The position numbers and the translations under genes are program-made. Positions 1-12,549 of a stretch of 64,000 nt of DNA are shown piece by piece. The notes beneath the pieces are model-generated. The model made no database searches. It was given only the letters and a program-made list of their open reading frames with translations, and was not told the DNA's origin. The DNA comes from the human T2T-CHM13v2.0 reference genome, Homo sapiens. Positions within the stretch are counted from its first letter, which is position 1; every line of letters starts with the position of its first letter. The DNA is taken from assembly GCF_009914755.1 (NCBI RefSeq), contig NC_060926.1. The stretch is one strand, 5' to 3'.

Positions 1-896
1 ATTGCTGTGTGGCAGATATCTGGCTGCCCTGGAAACAAATCAACAGATCTGTAAAACACTCGAAGCCCGAGTGGCCTTCTTTGCCCAGTTAACCTTCTTC
101 CACTGGGTATTCTCCACCTGCCAATCTGGTTTCCAGACTCCTCAAGCTCTTCTCCCTTTTTCGTGCCTCAGTTTCTCCCATGACATGAGTAACCTCTTTT
201 GTGACCTCATAGCTATGCTCTGCTCACTCTTCCTCGAAATTCTCCTTTGACTTTTATTTAACCTCTGCTTGTTCTCTCTGTAAGTTATTTGTATTTGCAT
301 GTCTAGACAGCAAATCATCTGCATAGCATTTCATGATACCTTTCTATTAATTCACTATTCCAAAACCAACAGAACAGCATTATTATTTTGTACTGCATAC
401 AAAAATGACTTATTAAAAAAAGCCTCTCTGAATTGTCTTTCTACCCATCACATGTATCTAAACTTGACAAAATACAACATAGGGGATGAGAAAAAGAAAA
501 CAGAAGTGTAGAAAAATCTGTCTTTAGTGTTTTTAAACTTGCTTTGAAATACAAACATTTCTTGAAATGCAGAAGTGAAAGTGATGAATGTTAAGTGGAT
601 ATTTTTTCACCTTAACTGACTGATCAGAAGAGTATTTATAACCCCCTAACTGATGTCTCGAGCTGATAAATCAACACCAGGGGAGAATATTTCAAGCACA
701 TTTATCATTTAAGACAAACAGCCTATACTGAGCATGATTACTTTTTATTCATCATTTTGGCTCACCTCTACATTTGCTCCTTCTCAATGTTAATAATATC
801 TGTGTAAGACTTCTCAATATTTAATGTTACAGATTGCCTGTTGCATGCTGATGAGGTTAAGGTCATATGCTTGATCTCCAGAAGGCCAGTTAGCTT

Positions 897-946
897 CACA
901 CACACACACACACACACACACGAATAAATAAAAAAGAAAAAAAAAA
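897..946 (+). repeat. (CA)n microsatellite followed by an A-rich tract
   Basis: About 12 CA units at 897-921, then an A-rich run. Confidence 0.95.
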
Positions 947-1225
947 GGCTCTGTCTACTTCTGAGGGAAGCCTGATCTTAGCTTCCTTGTAATACCCATT
1001 GCTGGTCTCAATATCATAAAAAATTACAGAATTCAAGGCTTAAGGGAAATTATGGGCAAGCTATTTTAATATACTGACCCAACTGCATAGAAGCTCACAC
1101 TTAGCAGACAAAAGACCAGCAGCCTGGAGTGCCACCATTCAGCTTGGTTAACACCCAGCACAGTCCACCAGGTAACTGTTACCAGTGTCACCTCCAAAGG
1201 ATGATGACATAAAAGAGAATCTTAC

Positions 1226-1277
1226 CTGTTCATTCTCCTCTTCATCACTGCTTAGCTTAAGGTCATCTTCCAGCATT
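1226..1277 (-). CDS. AFF3: AFF3 internal coding exon (52 nt), encodes (S)MLEDDLKLSSDEEENEQ
   Basis: Minus strand reads ttccttctttcag|A ATG CTG GAA GAT GAC CTT AAG CTA AGC AGT GAT GAA GAG GAG AAT GAA CAG|gtaaga. MLEDDLxLS followed by acidic residues is the conserved AF4/FMR2-family motif. Confidence 0.97.
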
Positions 1278-1549
1278 CTGAAAGAAGGAACAAAGAGGTA
1301 CAAAGAGGTACAGATAGTTAGTGGATTTAGAATAATTCAGCACCAAAATATCACCTTAATGTTGTTATTAGAGCAACATTTTGGAAATAAGTCTATTTGA
1401 TTTCCTATTTTTTTTCTTTCCTTCTTATGCACTTTTCCTCTGGTGCACTTAGGAAATAGTAGACAGCCCCATCATAAAAATTAACCCTCACAACAGTCAT
1501 CAGCTAAGACGGGCAGCTTTCAGAAGATGCTGTGTTAGCAGGGAAATAA

Positions 1550-1730
1550 TACTTAACAATAACGTATTGTATATTTCGAAATAGCTAGAAGGGAAGAATT
1601 GGAATGTTCCCAACAGGAAGAAAAGATAAATATTTGAGGTGACGAATATCCTAGTTACCCTGATTTGATCATTACACATTGAATCCCTGTATCAAAATAT
1701 CACACGTACCTGAAAATAGCAATAAAAAAG
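1550..1730 (+). mobile_element. L1MA-type 3' end fragment
   Basis: tattgtatatttcgaaatagctagaag...ttaccctgatttgatcattacacattg is the typical L1MA 3'UTR terminus. Confidence 0.85.
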
Positions 1731-4700
1731 AAGATGCTTTTTTTTTTTTTCTCTCAAATACATAGGGGCTTTTCCCCTGGGCAGTTTGCATTCCACAATT
1801 ACTTGTTTAGTGTTTTCCAAGCTCCCAGTGCTGGGCTGTGTCTCCGTGCCTGCCCCAGGGGCTTTCATGGTAAAGAGAGATGAGAAAAAGAGCCATAAAG
1901 CCATAAACTTGAGTTGTGAGCAAAGCTTCTTAGGCCATCCATCAGTCAAAGAGCTGGAAAAGATGTTGTCCCCAAGATCCTACCTAGTGGGGAAAACCAA
2001 GCAGGAGGGCGCTTTCTGAAAAGCCTGTGAAGGTGATTCCCCAGCCCACCCAGCTCCCCCCATTCATCCTGAGGAGACAGCGGGGAAGCACGAGGTTAAA
2101 AGTGAAAAAAAGAAACAGAACTTCAGACTCTGTTATTTGTTATGATAACACTGTATTCTTTTCAGCATGGCTAAATTTTTCTTTATAGTAGTTTTCAGAT
2201 TAATTCATTTCAAAAGAAATCTTACTCAGAAGTGCACTGTATAAAAGCGTGCTCTCCACGCAGAGACGCTCTGAGGGAGCAGGGGAGAGCCCACTTCTGA
2301 GGGACCCTGGGGCTCCATACATCAGTGTGAAGCCCGCTGTGCCCTTGTGCTCAAAGGCCTCATTGAAGCCAGCTTCCAAAGGCTGTCCCCTAAAATGTAC
2401 CTAGTGTCCTTTAAAAGCCGGTTGTAGGCCTATCACTGATACATGCCTCTGAACATTCGTAGGAGTCATTTCAGTCACTTTTGGGGCGAACTGGGGGGTA
2501 AAGAACTGGCAGGATAAGGCATGGCCCAGGCTCTGCCCCACCTGTCTATGCATGTGGGGTGAGTCGCTTCACGCACCCTGACCCCATTTCCCTATTTGTG
2601 CAGTGACGTGTTATAGAGGGCAATCCTAAGGTTGAATCCTGCTTTAGATTCCGTTGTGAGTCTACAAAATAAATATGCTCCCCAGTTTCGTCAAGGAGAA
2701 AAACCCTTCTATTTGCTCTAGAGAATACAACGGAGAAACTTCTAAGTAGTTTTTAGGGTACTATTTAAGGCATTGCCATCAGGGCACCAAATCTGCTTCC
2801 TCACAGGCTCCTGCTCATCTCCCAGTGCCGAGAGGTGTCGTTCTTCTATTATTTAAACCACAAGTGAACAAATGAACACGTCAGCAGAGGCTGTAAAGCG
2901 GCACCCCCAATTCCTCTGCATGTCTGGCACGCCATTCATTTCCTTCACCTCACAGACACATACGCTTGGCTTCAAAGAGAAGAGACCTCTTGGTGATTTA
3001 TTAGAGCACTGTTTGGGAGTAGCCTAGGGAAGTGGGCTGTGTTTCCTTTGTCCTTGAGTCCCCAGTGACCAGCACAGTGCGGCACAGAACACAACGCCAG
3101 TTTGCTGGCTGGGATGAGGCCCCTTCCCCAAGACTGTTTTCCTACCCAAAGGCACAGATTTCTTCCTAATGAAAAAGACCAGAGAAGGGGACAGGTCCTT
3201 GCCTCCACTCCCATGCCCTCTTTTGGGTAAACCACCACTGCAGTGTGGTTTAATCTCTAGGACTGCCCAGCAAGCACTGGGTCTTTAAAGGGTGGGTGGT
3301 CCTGCTGGTGGGGGTGGAAAGAGTGGGGAGAACTCACACAATCATGGTTAACAACCCCCTTGCTGTCAGATGGAGGCTGTGTGGCTGGGAAATTTAATGT
3401 TTAAATGGACAATACTGTGCGTGGATTGGAAGGCCATCATCCCCCAGAGCAGGAAAGCCCAACATGGCCCGAAGTGAGGGAGCTTGGGTTGGCTGCAAAC
3501 TAGCCGTGCAACTCAGTCACCACATGAGCCTGGCATGGCTGAAAGTCACCACAACGGTCAAAATGCTGCTGTGTGAGGCTCTCTTTCAAGGTAGGGAATG
3601 CAGCTTACTTCTGTTTATTTCAAACATGTGCTAAACGCTTCCACACGTAAACACGCATCTGTTTGAATCTCAGAGCCCCTTGCACCACAATCTTGTGTGA
3701 GGTGCACCTCTGGGGCTGAGCATTTGTGCTTCTATAATGAGACTCATCTATCTCATCATCATTTCCAGAAGAAAAGCAGTCAGAGTTCAACCTTGCTTTG
3801 TGAATAATCATCACTCTGTCACTGACTTTACCTCTCTTATATTAAAAAAATGAATTTATTGTGTTTCCGGCTGGGTTCTAAATACAACAAATCACATGTA
3901 AAAATACACTGCCTTCAAGAGAGACTTCAAGAGAAGTTCAAATCTAACTAAACTTCAGAATATTTCGAAATATGAGAAAGTGGCCATGGAAACACAAACT
4001 CACACAGCTTATACAACATTTCCGGAGCAATCCTGGGTGATGCTATTCCCAAAACATGAAATCACAGACCTGGGAGAGACGACCACGGCCATACCGCATC
4101 CCAGCCCCGACAGGCACAGAGGTACACCCTGAGGAGACCCAGGCTCCCCGCGGTCTGAGAGCAGGAACCCTCTGCTTTATTCTGATGGTCATGAGCAGGC
4201 CCTTGGCTCAACTCCCTAGCAAACGGCGCTTGTTCTTGTCTGTGACCACTGCATCTTCAAGTCCGGTTTAACATTCACAAACAACTCCATGTTGAATGCT
4301 GAACATATCCAAGTGGCCTCTTAGAGAGCCTAAGGAGGGGCTGAAGTTTATAGCTGAACAATGAAACATGGTTAGGAGAAGAGAAAACCCGTGACACTCA
4401 CAGGATCATAGGAACTGTCTGTACTTGGTGTATGGCCAGCAGACAGCAGGCATGGCCGCCTTCACCAAACACACAAATGGCACCGTGGTGGTCATGGGCC
4501 CAACCCACTCCCAAACCCTGGGGAACATTTTTATCATTTGTCTGTTTCCCTGTGGAAACATAGGTATATCAAACAATAAATAAACAAACAAAAGTGTTCA
4601 ACCAAGAGTAAAAGGAAGATGCAAATTAAGTGCTGATTAGGCTACTGGGGAGGGGTGGAGATCTCCTACTGTTTTTTTTTTTTTTTAAAGGGAAGGCAAA

Positions 4701-5674
4701 GACCCTGCTGCTCTAAGGGGCTCCTGAGGGCTAAGTCATCTGCACGGAAGGACTAGCCATCTGCATGGAAGCACAGGGCCTGTGCATCCATCCACAGCAC
4801 CCTGGTTACACCCCTACTCCTGGGTTCCTCCAGGCCCTACCCCAGCTGATGGGGCCCCCAACCAGGGCCACCCCTTTCACGTTCCCTTAGCCCCTCCCCT
4901 TCATAGCTCTTCAGATCCCTCCCAGGGGATGAAGCCCTCAACTCACAGCAGCAGCTCTCATTGTTTAAGGGATGTCCGTCCGTAGCAGACCAGCTAAGTA
5001 CTTTCTAGATGTTACTTTGTCAATCCCTGCAGCAACTCCTCCAAGGTGGGAGGTGGGTGCTACAGGGGGCTGTGGACCGTGGTAGTCAGAGCAGGGACTC
5101 CAGCGTCACACTGCCCAGGAAGAATGCTAGCTCTGCCTTTCATCTAGCCCAGGGCCCTGGGACCTGCCTCAGAGGGCTTCCTGGAGAACTTACTCCACAA
5201 TCCTTGGATAGTGCTAAGCACGGGACCTTACGCCAGGGAGCCTCCAATCAATGCTCATTTTTATCAATGCTCATTTTTACCAATATTCCCTTTTCCCTAG
5301 GAGGGAAGTGGGCCTCAGAGCATTTAAGAAACTCACGTGGATAAACAAGTTGAGACTTTGAGATGTCTTTGTAATGATGCCTTAAAACAGGGCCATTTGC
5401 TCTATTTTCAGGCCATTTTGAAAAGAAAGGGTCATGTTCCTGAGAGATGGTGGAGGGGAATATATTTTGGCCTGTAACTGCTGTCAGCTGGTCTGAGTGG
5501 CTTTATGTCGACAGGACAGTAAACACGCCTATCAGCCCCAGTGCACGGAGAGGTCTGCCCTGGGAGCTAGCGGGTGGCCACGAGGCCAGGAGTCCCTCCA
5601 CGAGGAGCCAAGGGGGTGTTGCCAGATGACAATGGGGAAGTTGAAATAAAATAGGTACTAAAATTGAACTTTTT

Positions 5675-5974
5675 GGCTGCACGCGGTGGCTTGTTCCTGT
5701 AATCCCAGTATTTTGGGAGGCCAAGGCTGGCGGATCATTGAGCCCAAGAGTTCGAGATCAGCCCGGGCAATATAGCAAAATACTGTCTCTATAAAAAATA
5801 TATAAAAATTAGACAGACATGGTGGTATGGACCTGTAAACCCAGCTACTAGGGAGGCTGAGGTAGGAGGATCACCTGAGCCCTGGAGGTCAAGGCTAGAG
5901 TGAGCCGAGGTTGTACCACTGCACTCCAGCCTGGGCATAAGACCCTGTCTCAAAAAAAAAAAAAAAAAAAAAAA
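5675..5974 (+). mobile_element. AluJ, full length
   Basis: Alu dimer, poly-A tail, TSD aaaattgaacttttt on both sides. Confidence 0.95.
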
Positions 5975-6505
5975 TTGAACTTTTTGAATTGAGAACAGAC
6001 CTGGACTTCATGGCCTTAACACTTGAAGAGTTATCAAACTACTGTCAGGGACACTCCACGTTAGCACCTCATGGTGACTTTACAGTAGAGTCTGAACCAG
6101 CTACATGAGAACTGTGACACTTTAAGGACAGAAGCAAGATTTTTTTTAACGTGCGATTAAGCGATTGAGATTCCACCTATTTTTACTTGGGAACTTGTCC
6201 TTACAATGATTGTTGGGCATGTTGTAACACCCTTCCTGACACGCAGACAAGGAGTCGAAGGGTTATGAGCCCCCAGCTGCACTCGCTCACGCTTTCATGC
6301 AGGGAGAGCGGGCCTTGCAGGAGCTCCGTAGAGGAAAGGACACAATGGGACTTTCATTCAGAACTCTAAAGAGGGAGCCAAAGATAAACAGGCCCATTTG
6401 CAGTTTGCCGAGCACTACCCTGGAGGACCTTTTTCTTTCTGAAAGGGAAAGATGAATGGAAACATGCCTCATCACCACCAGCGGAACCAGTATCCAAACT
6501 CCCAA

Positions 6506-6673
6506 TTGTTGTTTTGTTTTGTTTTAGAGACAGGGTCTTGCTCTGTCATCTAGGCTGGAGTGCAGTGGCCCAATCATAGCTCACTGCAGCCTTGAACTCC
6601 TAGGCTCAAGCAATCGTCCCACCTCAGCCTCCCATGTATCTGGGACTACAGACGCCGGCTACCACGCCTGGCC
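6506..6673 (-). mobile_element. Alu monomer (FRAM-like)
   Basis: Right-arm Alu only, degenerate TSD aaac(t/c)cccaa(t/c)tgttg. Confidence 0.85.
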
Positions 6674-8369
6674 AAACCCCCAACTGTTGACTCATTCAAT
6701 TACTTCTGTGTCCACTGTGTGGCAGGCACCTATCCACAGAAGGTGTACTGTCTCCCAGGGGTGGTTCCCCTCACACACGACATTCAAATCAGCATTGTCA
6801 TTTTACGTATTTTTAAATGCCTTCGAATTGTGAAGCTCTGGCAAATACAACTTTTGCAGAACCCAACTGTGTCATTTGAAGGTAAACTCAGTACTTTTCA
6901 GAAAAGGGAGTAATTCAGTACAACCTTTGCAATTTTAACATTTGATTACCATAACTTCCCTGTGTGTATTGTTTTCTTAATTGAGCAAGTGATAAATTTA
7001 TGTTGTAGCTGGCGCCTGCATTTTTGAGGCCTAAAATTTCTTGGGAAGCAGAAATAGCAGCCTACACTTAACAGATGGCCAACTGCTTCCAAAGCTCATC
7101 TATATCTTCCACAGGTATTGCAAACGGGCACGTTAACTACCTGCAAATGTAATGGCAGCCATTTCACAGAGTAGTGGTTTTTAATTAATAGGATTTTCCC
7201 TGAATTAGTTGTCATTTGGGGCCCTTAACAGATCGGAATCCTTTAGTCCTTTAAAGTCATTTCATTTTGCTTTGTTTTAATGGTTTTTTAAAAAATCTGA
7301 GTTTTAATTGGGCTGTTTGATTTTCAGATTTGTTTCTATAGCTGGTGCTGCTACTATCTCCACCTACGTGAGATTTAAAGCCTAAGACAAATGTTTATGA
7401 ATCTCCATTAAACATATTCATATATGCAAATGTCTATTCTAACAATTAGCATTGCCTGAGAGCCTATTCATTATGCAAGTGCATCTCTCTGCAGTTATTC
7501 CCCAAGCCATCATCTCCACTGCTTGGAACACGGGAGGGAAAGTTATACAACTCATTTCATTCTTTCTGAAGTCTACTGCTTTGTCAGGGTCAGTGCTACC
7601 ATCTGCCTGTGGTTATTTTCATTAACAAGTAACCACCTTCTTCTCAGCGTTTGTTCGGAAGAACTTAGCTCATGCCATCCCAGCTAACTGGGAACAGGCA
7701 AGGCTAGCATGGGCTCACTCTAGGGGTTGGCAATTTAGTGCATCCAAGGCACAGGTGAACTCACTTAGTCTGGAGGCAAATGGAGAAATCAGGAACAAGA
7801 TGAAGGGGTGCTCTACTTGACCTAAGTGTTTCCAACTCTGATGTTTTAAAACCCAGGGATCTCTAAATCTTTTGAAGCAATTTTGGTCCATAGCAAGGTG
7901 GTATTTGCTCACACATATCTCCTTCCTGGACTCCCTCCCTCCCGGGGAGGGATTGTCAGTGAAATCATCCATGATCCTGTAACTCTGCCATGTTGAACCT
8001 GGGGTGAAGGTGCACTGTCTCGCTTAAGTTTATGACCTTATTTTTAGTTAGGGACAGCAACTTCTGATGGTCCTTTTCTCCACTGACATGCTGAATCCAC
8101 TTGCCACCTTCTCTGCAGGCCCATCTTCCCTGGGGGACGGCATCTCATCTCCTACCCTAGAAGAACCTCACAAAAGCCAGTCTCATTTGGGAAACCTGCC
8201 AAATCCTGGTGAGATGCTGGATGATGTGTGTCTTCAAAATCTCAATCAGTCAACTGTCTTTCCCAACAGTAAGCATATCTATAGTAATAGAAAATAAGCA
8301 GAAATAAAAGGAAAATGGAAATCAACAGTCATAAGAAGAAACAGTCAGTGGTACAGAGTCTGGGGTGGT

Positions 8370-8560
8370 GAAATAAATTTTGAAATGGCAGCTTGGAGGC
8401 TAGCCAGCATTAGCCTGAATTCTGTCCCTAACTAGCTCTGTGAACTTAGGCAAATCACCCACTTCCCCTAGACATTGTTTCCACATCTCCAAAGTGAGAG
8501 TTGGATAAAACAACCACTATATATCCTCTTATTGGTCTGAATTCCTTGGTTCTGTGCCTT
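8370..8560 (+). mobile_element. MIR fragment
   Basis: actagctctgtgaacttaggcaaatcacccacttcccc...gtttccacatct resembles the MIR core. Confidence 0.7.
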
Positions 8561-8619
8561 TACCAATGGGTAGAATGTCCAGGAAGACTGCTGGAGAATG
8601 AGATGATCTGATACTACTC

Positions 8620-8701
8620 AGCACATTCTAGGTGCTAGAGATGTAAAACTGGAGAAGTCTTCCTTTTCAAGTGTCTCACTGTTTACTGGGAGCAGCAGCA
8701 G
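8620..8701 (+). repeat. 82-bp local direct duplication, copy 1 (partner 12468-12549)
   Basis: 76/82 identical, ungapped, by manual alignment. Confidence 0.95.
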
Positions 8702-9623
8702 TTCCTTGAACATCCCATGATGCTTTCCAGCTAGAAATATGTAAGTGCCACATACGGTTTGTGTGATTGTGAAAATATAAAAATGCTCCATCTTTTCCAC
8801 TTAGGGCAATCTAGGCCACAGTTATGAAGTAGCATTCTCCAAATATATTAGACTTTAAAATTGCTTCCTCCTAAAAGAATTACAGGGAAAGAGGGCTGGA
8901 TATACTCTATCATTTCTATCAAAAAACTGAGGCTTTAGAAAGAGCACTTTAACCCGGAGTGCTTTCTCCCTGAAGATGGGTTTAAATCCTGTCTTTGTCT
9001 GTTTTAAGGACTTCTAGAAAATTAGTTTCTGAGCTCGATGTTCTCAGTATTAAAGAATTGAGTTTCTAAGGCTAAATGAATGCAAGTAGTGTGTGAAAGA
9101 ACATGATCCTTTCCCGGGCAGACAGCAGAGGACAGGTCAGAGGATTCTGACTGGGAACATAAAGTTTCTGTGGCTGTACAGATTTGGTGGTGGACATTAC
9201 TTAAACCTCTTTGAAGGGGGATGTGCACCTAACCAGAGGGGAAATGAGATATGTACGTATTTATATGGCTCAAATCTGATGTTGAATATTGATAATCAGT
9301 AAATAAGTAAGTTAGCTGCCTATTCTGTTTGCTAGCTAATGGTGTGCTTATTTAATAACTTCTGACAATAAGAATGCATTGAATCTGTAAGGGTCATAAC
9401 ATACATCAGGTTAAGATTTGTTCTTTGGTTGGAAACATCAGTTTTTGCATTTTTATGGCTGCTGTTATTGATAAGTTAATTGCTAAAAGAGTCCCTAATT
9501 AAGAGATTTGAACAGATAAACTGTTAGAATTAGAAAAGAGAACCAAGCATAATCTCCTAATTAGCAAATCCATGCACTTTAAGCTATACCAGCGTTCACA
9601 CATTACCTGAGGATGGCATAACA

Positions 9624-9843
9624 CAGTGGTTTCCAAACTTTATTGCACATTGGCATCACTTGGGAATCTTTAAAAATTATTGATGCCCAGCTCCACTCCA
9701 ACCCCATATTCTGACGGGATAGGTTTGGGGTGCAATCTGGGCATCAGGTTTTTTTTTCTTTTCTTTTTTTAAAGCTCCCTAGGGAGCTGATTCATGGGCC
9801 TCAGCCCCAGATATTCTGATTCACAGCAATGTTGGGACCCACT
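9624..9843. mobile_element. MER5-type hAT DNA transposon fossil
   Basis: cagtggtttccaaacttt...catcacttgggaatctttaaaa...gttgggacccact. Confidence 0.75.
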
Positions 9844-10146
9844 ATATAACACAGAGCTGGACTGACTCATAAGAGCTGAAGGTCATGAATAGCTCTGCAC
9901 CTTGGATCAAGTCCCATACTCTAAGTTTTAGTTTGTTCATTAATATAAGGGGATGATAGTTGAGATTCAAATGAGACAATAAAGGTGAAAGCCCATTGTA
10001 AACTGTAAAGCTTCATAGGAGTTTTCAGTAATGGGTTTAGCATTACCTGGGATGTTTTGAAAGATACTGGTCTATGGGCCTTACCCCCTGGGATTCTGAT
10101 TTAATTGGTTTTGGATTGGCCACAGGCATCAGGACTTCTGACAAGC

Positions 10147-10539
10147 TGCTATGGTCTGAATGTTCCGTGTTCCCTCAAAATTCACATATTGAAACCTAAC
10201 CTTAAATGTGATAGTATTCAGAGATGGGGCCTTTGGGAGGTGATTAGCTCATGATGGCAGAGCTTTCATGAATGGGATTAGTGCCCCTGTAAGAGAGACC
10301 TCAAAGAGCTCTTTCGACTTTGTGTCCTTTCCACCGTATGAGGACCCAGCTCGTAGGTGCTGTTGATGAACCAGAAAGCAGTTTCTCAACAGACACCACA
10401 TCTCGTTCCTTGATCTTGGACTCCCCGTCCCCCAGAACTGTGAGGAATAAATTACTGTCATTCAGCAGCTTCCCAATTTATTTTGTTACTTTAGCCTGAG
10501 GTATTTTTTTTTTTACAGTAGCCTGAATAAACTAAGACA
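10147..10539 (+). mobile_element. MaLR solo LTR (MLT1A-like) nested in a MER5 fragment (~10030-10587)
   Basis: TG...CA ends tgctatggtctgaatgtt...actaagaca, internal ggggcctttgggaggtgattag and AATAAA. Confidence 0.88.
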
Positions 10540-10598
10540 TGAACATCCTAAGTGAATCTTCTATTCAGCCAGGGTTGAGAACCACTGCCTTAATTCTA

Positions 10599-10897
10599 TT
10601 TTTTTTTTTTTTTTTGAGACGGAGTCTCGTTCTGTCATCCAGGCTGGAGTGCAATGGTGCATCTTGGCTCACTGCAACCTCTGCCTCCCGGGTTCAAGCA
10701 ATGCTCCCTACCTCAGCCTCCTGAGTAGTTGGGACTACAGGTGCCTGCCACCACACCCGGCTCATTTTTGTATTTTTAGTAGAGACAGGGTTTTGCCATG
10801 TTGACCAGGCTGGTCTCGAACTCCTGACCTCAGGTGATCTGCCCGCCTTGGCCTCCCAAAGTGCTGGGATTACAGGTGTGAGCCACCACACCTGGCC
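10599..10897 (-). mobile_element. AluS
   Basis: Full dimer, TSD actgccttaattcta. Confidence 0.95.
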
Positions 10898-11312
10898 ACT
10901 GCCTTAATTCTAACGGAACTATCACCTTCCTATTAAAATCATCTCCAATCCATAGGACAGAATTAGTCACTTCTTATCTAAGTGAATAATTTGTACATAA
11001 CTAATGCATTATGTTGGAATTTTCTAACTTATCTGGCTTCACTCTCCCCCCATCTTCCATTGGAATAAGAATGCTTGAAGGGAAGGGGTGTGTTTCCTCA
11101 ACGCCTAGGATAAGGCATAAGCCCATCATTACTAAGGAATTACCACGAGGCATTTTAGAATTCTTCAGTAGTTGTTTTGAGAAACCACAAGGCAGCGCTG
11201 GGGAATCTGAGATTCCAGCTTGTTCTTCAGCCTTGGGGAGGAAACAGAAAATTTTATGAATGCCACACCTTTCAAGCTCCCTGGAGAAGTCCCCACACTT
11301 TCGTCAAGACTG

Positions 11313-11822
11313 CATAGGATAGTGTGCTGGGTTTTCTGTCTAGTGGCAACTTGGCATCATCTCCCCTTTGAAGCACTCCTTTCTATCACAGGGGCTGGAG
11401 GCCTGGGAACTACATTTCCCCAGAATCCCTGCCGATAGGGTTTTTGGTTAAATGTTGCCAGTGAGAGGCACCTGAATAGGGCTTGGAAAATCAAAGATTA
11501 ACAGAAGCCTTTACTACTCCCAGGACAGTGAAGCAGGTGCAGAAGCTTCAGCAGATGGCAGATACGAGGTTCTGTGAGTGGCTTCCAGGCACCCTTCTGT
11601 GAATAATGCCTGCTGGAGACATCTGAGATTACTGTTAGCAGTTTTCTGTTATTCTTGCATTTATTGATTTCTTGAAATGACTTTCTGAACTGATGGCTGA
11701 TTTCCTGTTGGTCCCCCTTCCCTGGCCCTCCTGATGGGTTTGGAAGGCACTAATTCCCTATGTTAAGTGTCTACTTGAAATACCTAGAGTGGTTTCTCTT
11801 CTCCAGATCAAACTGACTGATG
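11313..11822 (+). mobile_element. ERVL-type solo LTR (LTR33-like)
   Basis: gaactacatttccccagaatccct and terminal gaaatacctagagtggtttct...ctgactgat motifs. Confidence 0.65.
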
Positions 11823-12060
11823 TGTATAGTAATTAAGAGCATGAGCTCTGCAGTCAGAAAGCCTGGTTTATTGATTTCTATCCAGATGCTGTACCTCATG
11901 CTAGTTGTGTCCTTATGCAAAGAACTTAAAGTTGCTCTGCCTTCTGTTTCCTCATCTGTAAAATGGAAAAACGAGAGTGTTTACCTCCTAGGAATGTTGT
12001 AGAAAATGTAGAAAACATTTTATACAGTGTCTGGTATGTAGTAATTAATAAATATTCAGT
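11823..12060 (+). mobile_element. MIR
   Basis: ttaagagcatgagctctgcagtcaga...tgtttcctcatctgtaaaatgg. Confidence 0.85.
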
Positions 12061-12125
12061 ATTCTAACTGGAATTTTATTACCCATTCCATCTCGTGACA
12101 ACAACTATGTTACAATTTAAGTCCA

Positions 12126-12409
12126 TTTTTCCTTTTCTTTTTCTTTCTTTTTTTTTGAGACAGAGTCTCACTTTGTTGCCCACGCTGGAGTGCAGTGGTG
12201 TGATATCACAGCTCACTGCAGCCTTGACCTCCCAGGCTCAAGTGATCCTCCTGCCTCAGCCCCCCAAGTAGCTGGAACTATAGGTGGCCCACCATGCCTG
12301 GCTAATTTTTGTAGGGACGAGAGGTTTTGTTATGTTGCCCAGGCTGGTCTCAAACCCCTGGGCTCAAGTGATCCACCTGCCTCAGCCTCCCAAAGTGCTG
12401 GGATTATAG
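12126..12409 (-). mobile_element. AluJ
   Basis: Poly-T plus Alu dimer with J-like diagnostic bases. Confidence 0.93.
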
Positions 12410-12467
12410 CCATTTACTTTCTCTAACAGAGAAGATAAACTTCTTAATTTCTCGACCACCTCCGACG

Positions 12468-12549
12468 AGCACATTCTAGGTGCCAGAGATATAAAACTGA
12501 AGAAGTCTTCCTTTTCAAGTGTCTCACTGCTTATTGGGAGCAGAAGCAG
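12468..12549 (+). repeat. 82-bp local direct duplication, copy 2 (L2-like sequence)
   Basis: 76/82 identical to 8620-8701. Confidence 0.95.

Noticed and set aside
2-324. ORFs at the window start, as a possible further AFF3 exon
   Set aside because: Minus-strand frames contain stops, none resembles the AFF3 sequence I expect next (QAAQRTALR...), and there are no convincing splice sites.
666-673. PBX-HOX-like TGATTTAT on the minus strand downstream of the exon
   Set aside because: A single short motif that cannot be distinguished from chance without conservation data.
2240-2247. Perfect TATAAAAG on the plus strand (also at ~35286), possible antisense promoter
   Set aside because: A few such 8-mers are expected by chance in 64 kb of AT-rich DNA, and I see no supporting elements.
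9773-9788. Perfect 16-bp palindrome agctccctagggagct
   Set aside because: Lies within a quasi-palindromic MER5 fossil.
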